DNA of 63,906 bases, filler included, from Squatina squatina (taxonomy: Eukaryota), in NCBI GenBank assembly GCA_031763465.1. It is 4 parts of 4 records of this genome, joined end to end, with 100 filler letters (N's around TTAATTAATTAA, not from the genome) between each part and the next. Parts side by side here need not be neighbours in the genome. Positions count along the whole stretch, not along the records: positions 34,958 to 51,889 come from JARFOE010000058.1; 3 more parts are not named here. One strand, written 5' to 3'. Positions 35,961-47,013 of this stretch are shown here, piece after piece (positions within the stretch are counted from its first letter, which is position 1; each line of letters starts with the position of its first letter). The notes beneath the pieces were generated by a model. The model saw nothing but the letters and a program-made list of their open reading frames with translations, did no database searches and was not told the origin of the DNA. The translations under genes were made by a program, and so were the position numbers.

Positions 35961-37050
35961 CAATATGTTACTTTGTCTTGTACTGCTGACATTAAATAAT
36001 GAATTTTGTACATGCACTGCGGGTCCACTTGACCGGAAACTACCCAGTATGATCACGCAGAGCTCTTCACTATAAATACCCTTCCTGCAACACATGCAGA
36101 CAGTTCGGATGTCCTTAAGGGAGCCAAACATTGTTGTGCGCCTGTGTAAAACCACTGTAGATATCTCAACCGCCCTTGCACCACAAGGTCACCACACGAT
36201 GAGCTGCAGTTGACCGGTATGTACACCAAACTGAAGCCCCTCACATTTCAAGCTTGTATGTCGAGGGAAACTTCACAAGTGGATTATCTCACAGCCAGTG
36301 CACTCTAAGTGAAATAACACTGACATGGACCTGAATGTGTCATCTGAAGCCAGAGACAAGGCAGTTAAAAACAAAGACATAATCAAATCCAAATGAGTTA
36401 ATATATCAGATTTATAAAGAATTAACAAAAGCACATCGCTTAATCTGCAAGAATCCATTCTCCCAACTGTTGTCACTATTATAATTGCTCTGTAAACTAA
36501 CTGCAAAGATTGTCAAGCAAACTTTAATACAATTCCTGTAACATCCTGCTGTTCTATTTCTGATTGCCAGTTTAATTAAAAGAATTAAGTACTGAAAATT
36601 GTAATATATACGGAGAAATGTTAAAGCTATAGTATAAATGGAACTGGTAACTTTTCTAAATAATTCAACTCTTGCTCAAGCTGATTAATCCCTTTGATTA
36701 GACTACAGCCTTGCAATTCACTTCCTAACTATTCTTCCGTCATCTTGAATGCCATCCTGCTCTGCTTACCCAGAACTGTAACTTGGTAACCACAGTGAAC
36801 AACGTGATCTTATGAACGTTACATGCATTCATATCCAGTGCCTATTTTAACAGAGCCACTAATCCATTTAAAATGAAGGTTTGGTGTTAAGATATTGCAG
36901 AGAAATTTGATGTGAGCGCATTAAATATTCATATAAGGTCATTTCCAGGCTTTCTAAAAAAAAAAATCTTCTTCATAGATTTGATAGCAAGATGAAGACT
37001 TGTCTGGCAGTGCATCCCAAAGCTCGTAAATACAGAACCGAGTAACGTAC

Positions 37051-37298
37051 CTGTTTTCTAGACTGAGCCCTTGCAATCCGCAATCTTCTTGCAGAGTAGA
37101 AGATGAAATAACCCACCGTAGCAGCAGTGACGACAAAAAAGGAAATCGAGACAAAGAAGATGGAGTACTGACTCATCCATGGTCCGTGCTGCCTCCCAAC
37201 TTCAATCACCATGGAAACTGCAACACCACTCTTCACCAGTTTGAAAATGTCACTGCCTTTAGAGTTGCCAATCATTACTGCAACCACATTGCCAGTCC
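37051..37298 (-). CDS. RNF128: RNF128 exon: end of PA domain and transmembrane helix
   Basis: tttcacag|..VAVMIGNSKG..VIEVGRQHGPW..YSIFFVSISFFVVTAATVGYFIFYSARRLRIARAQSRKQ|gtacg; the AATVGYFIFYSARRLR.ARAQSRKQ motif is RNF128-type. Confidence 0.93.
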
Positions 37299-38159
37299 CT
37301 GTGAAACAGAGGTACAATAAGCGAACTGCACATTTCAATATTGGACCATTAGTATCGACACATGGAGGATTGCTACAAACTCCAAGGANNNNNNNNNNNN
37401 NNNNNNNNNNNNNNNNNNNNNNNNNNNNNNNNNNNNNNNNNNNNNNNNNNNNNNNNNNNNNNNNNNNNNNNNNNNNNNNNNNNNNNNNTACAAACCGTAA
37501 TCCAGGCAGGCAAGAGCCCCACCATTAGTTCCTGTGCCTACACACAAACACAAAAGGAGTTGAGTTGCAAAGGTTTGGAGGTCTCATGAAAAATTCAGCA
37601 CAGCACTCCCACACACCATGCTACATGTTACAGATTACAATAAAAAGCACTAACATGGATAATATAAAGTATTATGTTAAAGTCCATTAAATGATTGCGG
37701 GTATCAATTCAGATGAACTTTTTCTTTCACAAAAAAGGAAGCGTTTCTAGTTGAAATATACCAGTTCCAGTGGAATGAGATCACAATTTATATAACCTAT
37801 AAATTTTTAGTGCCAAGCTCAAAGCACAAATTTCAAAATTTTTCTTTGCCTGCACATGTCTTCAATGCCACTTATAAAGTACAAGTCCAGCCCTGCAAAG
37901 AACTATAGGGGAAGAAAAAGTAAGGAAACACTTAAAAATATGGTTAAAACATAGCTACTATGTTCAAGGAATCAAAGGAGGAAGAAGACACAAATACAGT
38001 AGAAGACAACATTAAAAAAGGAGGCAAAAGGGAGAATGAAAGAATGGAGGGAAATGAAACATTAATAAAACTTGAACATGTACAGACACAATGGGTCGAA
38101 TGATCTCCTTCTGTGCCATAAATTCTTATTACATTTTTATGTAGAAAGCAGCTCAGCTA

Positions 38160-38710
38160 CTAATCCAGCCAGTTTCAATCATGCACATCGAAGCCCATGC
38201 CAACTTAGGGTTCCTGGGGCCCCTGCGGTCTGATCTCACACCTGCATTGTACGGAATAGCGGCACAATGCGGGCGTGAAGTCAGCACACAGGGCTAAAAA
38301 TGCGAAATGAAGTATTGGGCCACTCTCTCTGGCGTGCCGGCACCCTCAGAAATTTTTTATTTTTTATTTTTATTTATTTATTTATTTTTAAACTTACCTG
38401 ATGGGCCATCAATGCACCTCTGCACTGAAAACCTGTGACCCTTGCCCTTAAGGGAGGAGGAAGGCTTGTGCAATCATGGTTGTGCCGGCAGCGTTATGCC
38501 ATGCTGTTGGTGTAACTAGGAAGTGATGTGGCATTGGCCGGGTCACCGCCGAGTCAACGCTGATTTTGCATTGGCACACCACGCTGGCCCGAGACGGCCT
38601 CTAAAAGGCCATGGCCTCATCGCAGTGCCCCGCTGCTAGCAGGGTGCATTCCTGTCTGAGGGCCCCCAATGCTGTGGCCCGTTTGGGCGCAGTCCAACTG
38701 GGGCCCTGGG
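38160..38710. mobile_element. GC-rich interspersed repeat with an internal (TTTA)n tract
   Basis: Sharp CpG-rich island in AT-rich DNA; microsatellite at about 38352-38390. Confidence 0.35.
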
Positions 38711-39846
38711 ATTTAAGATATAGGAATCAAAGTGACCTTACATGTATAATAGTGCAGACCAATTAAAATAATCAGTGTTTAATTTTAAAAGCATCTTTTG
38801 TGTTTTGGAATCCCCATCGCTATATTATTGTTCTCCAAACTTTCCCAAGACAAAAATTCTGAACAGAAAAAAAACAAAAACTTACCACTAAAATACAAAA
38901 TCATATTCGGGTAATGGGTTACAGTCACAACTCCATGAACAGATGTGAAAATTACTTGTTTATTGGCTGATCGATGATCAAGCTGTGGCATACAGCTAGA
39001 CACTGCTGGCTTTGAAAAATCCTGGGAGAAAATCAAGACAGTTTCCTGCTGATGTATTACTGTTTGCAAGACTACACTGGAAGATATAACAGCCTATTGA
39101 AATTTAGCCGCGCGCCAAGCTGGCTTTCAGCAATTTGTGCTCCTGGACTGCGCTGGCAAGGACATCTTATGTATCAGAACACACCAAGGTGGCAGCACAG
39201 CAGTTCTGTTATGGGTATTGCTGAAACTGCACTTGACTTAAAATTCACAAGAGGTTGAGTGAGTGTCGCAGTAGATTACAACAATGTCCTTTCACGGTAT
39301 CAGAAAGTAAATTATCTCAAAAGCAGAGTCATTTTTAGTTACAGAATCGTACCTTGAAGAAAAAGTCTACTACAACTCCAATGTAGTTTCAGGAAAAGTT
39401 TTTTTCCCCACCCCCCCGGCAGATTTTAATGATTATTTTAAATTTACTCTACCAATGACCTTTCCTCCCTCTTTTCAAGGTTCTCCTCAATTGCTTTCTA
39501 AGCCATAGATGACCCCACAGAGGTCATTAATGCTGCACCACTAAACTGACTTGCAGCCTGAATGGACACCAATAATTTTGATTCATTTATTTGCTAGCTT
39601 TCATAAGTCCTAATAATCTGACAACATTTTGGGCAGGGGAAGATCACCAGCTCATCAACTCTACTCCTTTAAACCATCTAATCAGTGTCTTCACCATAAT
39701 CCTAGAACTGATAGCCTTGCTATCCTTCACTATTTTAGAAAATACGNNNNNNNNNNNNNNNNNNNNNNNNNNNNNNNNNNNNNNNNNNNNNNNNNNNNNN
39801 NNNNNNNNNNNNNNNNNNNNNNNNNNNNNNNNNNNNNNNNNNNNNN

Positions 39847-40320
39847 CAGAGAGTTCCAGACACCCACCACCCTCTGGGTGAAAAACATTCTCCTTAAATC
39901 CCCTCTAATCCTTCTACCAATTAATTTAAATCTATGTCCCCTAGTTATTGACCCCTCTGCTAAGGGAAATAGGTCCTTCCTCTCCCTCAGAATCTTATGG
40001 ACGCGACTGCTGACAACAATCCGGAGGCAGTCTGTGCACGCGCGCACGGAATCAGGTTTGTTAAAAAAAAAAATGTAATAAAGCCGGAAAGCAAGTGAGC
40101 TGGTGAAAAAGGCGGAAAGCAAGCGGGCACGTTAGGGTGGTCGCTTTTAAAAAAAAGCAGAAACATCATGCTTCCGGATTCTGGAGTGCGCAGTATGCTT
40201 CTGTGCAGTTTCCGGTGCATTGGCAGCAGTCACTCCGTAATTTTATATACATGTCTCCTCTCAGCCTCCTCTGCTCCAAAGGAAACAAGTCCAGCTGATC
40301 CAATCTTTCCTCAAAGCTGA
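39847..40320 (-). mobile_element. CR1 fragment interrupted by a CpG-rich insert (about 39988-40247)
   Basis: DLFPLAEGSITRGHRFKLIGRRIRGDLRRMFFTQRVVGVWNSL; CR1-like sequence resumes at about 40250. Confidence 0.7.
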
Positions 40321-40444
40321 TGTATCAATACAAGTTGTTGTTGCTAAAGGTGATGCCAATTATTGTTGAAGGTGCTATCTAAATGCAAGTTGCTCCTGTC
40401 AGTTAGTTAGTAGTTTAATTACAGAAAGACAAAACGTTGCTTAC

Positions 40445-40567
40445 TCGGATGGATCTGTTGAAAGGTTTCTGGCTGCGAAGTTGAATACAGTTCAATGACA
40501 AAAGGTTGCTTGGTGCTGCCATCCACAGCATGAACCCAGCGGTACAGGTAGAAATCCTCGCTGCCAT
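40445..40567 (-). CDS. RADX: RADX (RPA1-related ssDNA-binding protein, OB fold) exon
   Basis: acacag|DGSEDFYLYRWVHAVDGSTKQPFVIELYSTSQPETFQQIHP|gtaag versus human [38 protein letters not shown] (recalled); the synteny fits. Confidence 0.88.
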
Positions 40568-40685
40568 CTGTGTCGGGATAATTATGGGGAAGAAAATTAA
40601 ACACAGTCTTTTAATTGTCAGCAAGGCAACAGCCATTGGAGCTGAACTGGTAATTTCTCCCACCATCAACACTCTGAAAGATTAC

Positions 40686-40777
40686 CTTCCCTTCTTATTC
40701 TTTCACATCTTCCCACAAAGGTGACAAGGCCAATAACATCACACGTGTAAGCATCTGGCAGTTTATCCAGCTCCAGC
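40686..40777 (-). CDS. RADX: RADX exon (upstream neighbour, 118-nt intron)
   Basis: ctgtag|(R)LELDKLPDAYTCDVIGLVTFVGRCERIRRE|gtaat versus human [31 protein letters not shown] (recalled); phase fits the next exon. Confidence 0.88.
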
Positions 40778-41276
40778 CTACAGAGACAGAGTTAAAGGTT
40801 GCTCAGGTTGGGATGAGCTGGTCACAGAAATGAGCTGCGTCGATGGCGGAGTGTCGCTGCCGCAACCAGGACTGATACCATGCTGACGCAGGGCATCATG
40901 CTCCAGGACGGGGGAATCAGTGACACTTCTCTGGGGCAGTACATCAGCAGCCGTTGCAGTCTGTGGGATGATGGACTGCTGCGGTGCCAGTGAACCAGTG
41001 GGCCCCCAGTCTTCCGTCCTTGACCCAGTTGCAATGGCAGCCGTCAGTGCTCACATTGCATCCAGATGAGATTGCCGGAAAGCAGCCCCTGCACGGATGC
41101 CAGCTGCCATTTCATGCATCAACAGATTATGAGCCTGTGTAGCAGCCGACAAATGATCTGTTCTTGCGGAGAGCCCNNNNNNNNNNNNNNNNNNNNNNNN
41201 NNNNNNNNNNNNNNNNNNNNNNNNNNNNNNNNNNNNNNNNNNNNNNNNNNNNNNNNNNNNNNNNNNNNNNNNNNNN

Positions 41277-41640
41277 TTGTAATGCAGGAAATGCGGCAGC
41301 CGATTTGTGCACAGCAAGCTCCCACAAACAGCAATGTGGTAATGACCAGGTAATCTGCTTTAGTGAGGTTGACTGAGGGATAAATATCGGCCAGGGCACC
41401 GGGGGGAATTCCCCTGCTCTTCTGTGAAATAGCATTATGGGATCTTTTACATCCATCTGAGCAGACGGGGCCTCGATTTAACATCTCATCCGAAAGACGG
41501 CACGGCTGACAGTGCAGCACTCCCTCGGCACTGCACTGGGAGTGGCAGCCCAGATTTTTGTGCTCAAGTCTCTGGAGTGGGACTTGCACCCACAACCTTC
41601 TGACTCTGAGGTGAGGGTGCTACCCACTGGGCTGACGCAC
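41277..41640 (-). mobile_element. Deu-domain SINE (SacSINE1-like)
   Basis: Minus strand has a tRNA-like head and the Deu core GTGCCGTCTTTCGGATGAGATGTTAAA..GAGGCCCCGTCTGC..GTAAAAGATCCCAT. Confidence 0.85.
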
Positions 41641-41711
41641 GAATGTTGATAAAGAAGGCAGCACGGAAACCAAGACATGAAGCGTTTTGCCGTCGGAAAG
41701 TGGACACGTAC

Positions 41712-41871
41712 CAATCGAGGTGGGCATCTCCCCCCACTGCACCACCATCTCCTTTGTGATCCGACCATAGGTATTTATGTAGACCCCTTCATCCTCATAG
41801 CAAACCAGCAGTTCCATTCCATTAGTGTTCGGAAGGATAATAATAGCGTGCGGATGAATACAGCCCTGGAT
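41712..41871 (-). CDS. NRK: CNH-domain exon of a GCK-IV kinase (NRK by position; MAP4K4/TNIK/MINK1-like by sequence)
   Basis: ttcag|[53 protein letters not shown]|gtacgt; family call is strong, the NRK label is from synteny. Confidence 0.8.
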
Positions 41872-43712
41872 CTGAATGAAGGTTCACGTGAAAACATTAC
41901 TATTTGTCAGAAACATTAATCCACAGCTAATGCATTGATGTTGAACACATTGGTCGCACAGGAGAGTACACAACATTTTAGACACCAGAATTCACAAGAT
42001 TATTACATTAACGGNNNNNNNNNNNNNNNNNNNNNNNNNNNNNNNNNNNNNNNNNNNNNNNNNNNNNNNNNNNNNNNNNNNNNNNNNNNNNNNNNNNNNN
42101 NNNNNNNNNNNNNNCCTGGCTGGGACTAGTACTGGAAAACAAGGTAGGAAACAGGAGAGCAGGTACCAGAATGACTCCATTTATGGGGACAGCTTTATGT
42201 TGCAACCTGGTGAGCTCTGAATTTGTAAGTGTAAAAATGCAGTGTCACGCAAAGCTTGATAAATTTTTAATGTCAGAGAAAACTTGTGCATTTTACCCTA
42301 AAAATACCTCCTGAAGAAATCTAAATGTTGAGCTTTCCAAGACTAACAACACATCATTATTTTAGGACCCTGAGTTTCTGCCATCAAATTATTTTCTATC
42401 AATGTCTCAAGATAAATGTTAGAACTATAGTGAAGGAGGTGCTGAGCTGAGCAAAATGTCTCCCCACCCCGACCCCCCCGCAACCCCCACCCCCACACTG
42501 CCCCCTCGCGCCATCCCCCACAAGTGCTGCTGCCCGTGAACATTGACTGCCCTGAAGAGTTAATCAGGGCCAGCGATTTCTCAGGCAGTGCAATCACGTG
42601 CCTGACTGTGGAGGAAGTTCAAATTTAAAAGGTTTCTTTTTTTGGGAGGGCTTTTAATAAAATCGGCCCTTAAAGCCAACATTAGAGTCTCCACAGGGAT
42701 TCAGCAAATCTCCGAGCGGAGGGGACTTGTTAAGCACTTACATGGAAATACAAGTAAAAAAAAAACGACAGTTAAAAAAAAATGTTTTTAGATCCACATC
42801 ATTAAACTTCGTGGAGGTAAAATATAATCTGATGTAAAATTGAACATAATGAGAACTGTAATTTTTTCCTTCTTGCTAAAGGTCACTGTAGCGCGCGCAA
42901 ATGGTTGTAAACTGCAGGATCCGACAAATAATTCTGCATTAAAAACTAAGATAACCAGTTTTTTTTTTCCTTCACAGTGCACTAGAGCTTAATTATCCAG
43001 GGTCTGCCAAAGCCTAAAGGTACAACCTGCACTTACTTTCTGAACTGCTAATGCGCCAGTGGGCAGCAGCACTGGGAATTGTCATAATTAAATGATGTGG
43101 ATTACTGTCTAGGCTTCGTATGTCTCTCTATCCTCCCATATCCATATGACTCTTGGCAAGGTGGATGTTTAATTCAGACTTGGAGTGGTGGGGGGGATGT
43201 TGGGGGAAGCTTGGGTCCAAACTGTACGTCTTTACTTCTGCTTGATGAAATTTTAAACACACACGAGCTCCATTGATGGACTTGGACAATAAAGCCCTGT
43301 AAGCTCCAGGTTCAGTTCCCAGTGTGCGTTGAGTTAGGTCATCTTCAGGAGAAGCTGCAATGGGCCGACAATTTGCCTCAGCATCTCCCAGTCCAGGAGG
43401 AACCAGGATCACTGAACAATGATCCTTTAGAATCAGTTAGCATAGCAGGAGGCCATTTGGTCCATCGTGCCTGTTCTGGCTCCTCTGAACGAGCGATCCA
43501 ATTAGTTCTGCTCCCCTGCACTTTCTCCAAAGTCCTGCAATTTGTTCCTGTCAGGTGATGTTCTTCCATTTCAAAATGGAGTCTGCACATTAAGTGCTGT
43601 GATTCAAATGTTACAAGTGGATGAATTGGTCCACAGTTTGCACCTCCAGTTTAATGTCTCACTCGAAGGACGTTACCTCTAGCAATGTGGTGCTCCCTCA
43701 CTTCTCATCTAT

Positions 43713-43929
43713 TTGAGCACAAAAATCCAGGCTGACACTCCAGTGGGGTGCTGAGCGAGTGCCGCACTGTCGGAGGTGCCGTCTTTCGGATTAGTGGTTA
43801 AACCTATCTGCCGTCTCAGGTGCATGTAAAAGATCCCATGACACTATTTCAACAAAGATCTGGGGAGTTATCCCTGGTGTCCTGGCCAATATTTATCCAT
43901 GTCACCAAAACAGATTATCTGGTCATAGT
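43713..43929 (+). mobile_element. Deu-domain SINE fragment
   Basis: GGAGGTGCCGTCTTTCGGAT..GTAAAAGATCCCATG..GGTGTCCTGGCCAATATTTATCC; reverse complement of 41277-41640. Confidence 0.8.
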
Positions 43930-44029
43930 NNNNNNNNNNNNNNNNNNNNNNNNNNNNNNNNNNNNNNNNNNNNNNNNNNNNNNNNNNNNNNNNNNNNNNN
44001 NNNNNNNNNNNNNNNNNNNNNNNNNNNNN

Positions 44030-44645
44030 TGAATGGCGGTGCAGGCTCGAAGGGCCTAATGGCCTACTCCTGCACCTATTTTCTATGTTTCTATGTTTCT
44101 ATGGGTCGAAGTACAGAAATCACTAAAAGCTAGTGGACAGGTGCAAAACATAATTTAAAAGGTTAATGGAATGCAAGCCCTCATCTCAAGGGGGCTGGAA
44201 TACAAAGGGCTGGAGGTTATGTTACAGTTGTATAAAACTCTGGTGAGATCACATTTAGAGTACTGAGTTCAGCACCGCACCTCAGGAAGGATATATTGGC
44301 CATGGATGGGGGTGAAGCGCAGATTCATCAGAATGGTCTTGGGTCTAATAAAGTTAAATTATGAAGACTGGTTGCATAGACTAGGTTTGAATTCCCTTGA
44401 GTACAGAAGATTAAGGGTGAACTAATTGAGGCTTTTAAGATGATTTCAGGATTTGATAGGGTAGACGGAGAGAAACTATTTCCTCTGGTGGGTGAGTCCA
44501 GAACAAGGGGGCGTAACCTTAACAATAGAGCCAGGCGGGTCAGGAGTGAAATGGGAAAGCACCTTTTCACACGCAGTGGAATTCTGGAGTTTCCTTCCCA
44601 CAAAAGGCTGTGGATGCTGGGAGACAATTGGAGCTTCAAGACACA
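44030..44645 (+). mobile_element. CR1 3' tail with (TTTCTATG)3, followed by a second CR1 RT C-terminal fragment
   Basis: Octamer tail ends at 44103; LYKTLVRSHLEY and FDRVDGEKLFPLVGESRTRG motifs follow. Confidence 0.85.
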
Positions 44646-44654
44646 AGCACATGT

Positions 44655-44939
44655 GAAATAAGAGCAGGTGTAGGCCATTCGGCCCCTCGAGCCTGCTCCG
44701 CCATTCAATATATCATGGCTGATCTTCTACCTCAACTCCACCTTCCCGCACTATCCCCATATCCCCTTCATTCCTAAAAATTTATCAACCTCTTTTCTTG
44801 ACTATACTCAACAACTGAGCATTCACAGCCCTCTGGGGTAGAGAATTCCAAAGATTCCCCACCCTTTGAGTGAAGAAATTTCTCCCCATCTCAGTCCTAA
44901 ATGGCCGACCCCTTATTCTGAGACTGTGACCTCTGGTTC
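44655..44939 (-). mobile_element. CR1 LINE 3' end
   Basis: GTAGGCCATTCGGCCCCTCGAGCCTGCTCCGCCATTCA..GGTAGAGAATTCCAAAGATTC; same family as 17897-18318. Confidence 0.85.
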
Positions 44940-45384
44940 NNNNNNNNNNNNNNNNNNNNNNNNNNNNNNNNNNNNNNNNNNNNNNNNNNNNNNNNNNNNN
45001 NNNNNNNNNNNNNNNNNNNNNNNNNNNNNNNNNNNNNNNCCAACATTTTTAAAAAGTCAGAATAGAAGCAGCTTCTTCACGTCCAGGTACCCGGTCTGTG
45101 AGAATTCAGCACTGCGATTGGCTGCTTAGACAGCTTGTTGACGCCACAGTAGCCCGCGCTATGGAATTCCTACTAAAGTACACTGACCTCAACTGAACGT
45201 CGGAAAAGCCGAACTTCTTGCCACAGAGATGGCAAGATCTTTGCGGGAAGCTCTCTTCAGGACCAGCGGCAAACGCCTTTGTTTTGCCACTGACCGCAAA
45301 ATACAGGGCATTATAAAAATCAGGCCCACTGCCAGCGTATTGTAATTACATCGTGACATAAGAATGATATGGCTNNNNNNNNNN

Positions 45385-45645
45385 CAGGCCATTTAGGAGG
45401 GAAATCAGGAAGCGATTTGTCCCCCACATAAGACGGTAGAAATCTGCAATTCTCTCCCCCCAAAGGAGATGCTAGTACAATTGAAGATTTCCAGAGATCG
45501 CAAGATTTTTGTTGGGTGAGGGTATCAAGGGATATGAAGCTGAAGCGGCTAAATGGATTTGAGATGCAGATCGGCCAGGATCTTATTGAATGGCGGAACA
45601 GGCTCGAGGATCAGAATGGCCTGTGCCTGTCCTTGTGTTCCTGTC
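45385..45645 (+). mobile_element. CR1 LINE 3' end
   Basis: GGTATCAAGGGATATG..GAATGGCGGAACAGGCTCGAGG..AATGGCCT 3'UTR. Confidence 0.75.
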
Positions 45646-46187
45646 CCTGCACAGAAATGACTGAGAGTGATGTTATGGTATGAACACTGAACGCATTTGT
45701 GTCAAATTCCTCTCTCTGCTATTTCAATGGAGACATTGATTTATTTAAAAGAATCAGTTCAATATCTCTGTTGCAATGGAGGCATGAAACATTTATTATG
45801 AAGTCTTCAAGCATTTGAATGATAAGATTGCCAACACTATCTTGCAGATTTTATTATTAAGTCATGTTATCAGACAAGGTTTATTTTTGCCAGAGAAAAG
45901 TCATNNNNNNNNNNNNNNNNNNNNNNNNNNNNNNNNNNNNNNNNNNNNNNNNNNNNNNNNNNNNNNNNNNNNNNNNNNNNNNNNNNNNNNNNNNNNNNNN
46001 NNNNGTCCGGTGGTCGTGAGAGGCACTATATAAATGCAAGTCTGTCTTATTTCCTTTTTCCATTTTCAGTAGTGCCTTCCCAGTCATAGCAACAGTCTAA
46101 TAATCAATTCGTCCCCTTTCGCTGCACGATTGCACTTTAGTCTAAAATGTTTTTCCAAGCAGCACTAAGCAAGGTACCATTATATTA

Positions 46188-46352
<165 letters not shown>

Positions 46353-46627
46353 TCACACAGTATCATTTGAAAATGTCACATGACAACATAAACATGCACG
46401 ATAGGAGGCTGGGCGGACTGGAAGCCTCCAACACTAAGCCTTTCCGCTGCCTCTTGAATGACTGTTTTTAGGATATAGCTCGTCAAGAGAATCTTAAAAC
46501 GGGGAATGTTTGTACTGCTATTGTAAAGCAAAGGATGAGTAAGGTGTAAGCAGATTGATGGTGATTTTTTTTTGTACAGGAGATAACAGGGTGCAGGCAG
46601 GGAATACTATGGCAAGGGCAGGTGTGT

Positions 46628-47013
46628 CATAAGAATGTAAGAATTAGGAGCAGGAGTAGGCCATATGGCCCCTTGAGCCTGCTCCACCATTTAATCAGAT
46701 CATGGCTTGAAGGAGAAAAAAATTGCAGGGATATGGGGAAAGAGCGGGGAAGTGGGACTGACTGGATTGCTCCATGAAAGAGCCAGAGCAGACTGGATGG
46801 GCTGAATGGCCTGGTTCTGTACTGTGCTATTCTATGATTCTATGGCTGATCTTCCAGCTCAGCTCCATTTTCCCACCCTATCCTTATATCCCTTATTCCC
46901 CCATGTCCAAAAATCTATCAATTGGAGTCTTGAATGTACTCAATGACTGAGCCTCCACAGCACTCTGGGGTAGAGAATTCCAAAGATTCACCACCCTCTG
47001 AGTGAAGAAATTT
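46628..47013 (-). mobile_element. CR1 3' end carrying a nested, oppositely oriented CR1 tail (46708-46841)
   Basis: Host GATCATGGCT|GATC is interrupted; the insert ends ATTCTATGATTCT. Confidence 0.8.

Noticed and set aside
35072-37050. Apparent loss of the short RNF128 exon between the TM and RING exons
   Set aside because: Not found by eye, but a 100-N gap (35625-35724) lies in the interval, so absence is uninformative
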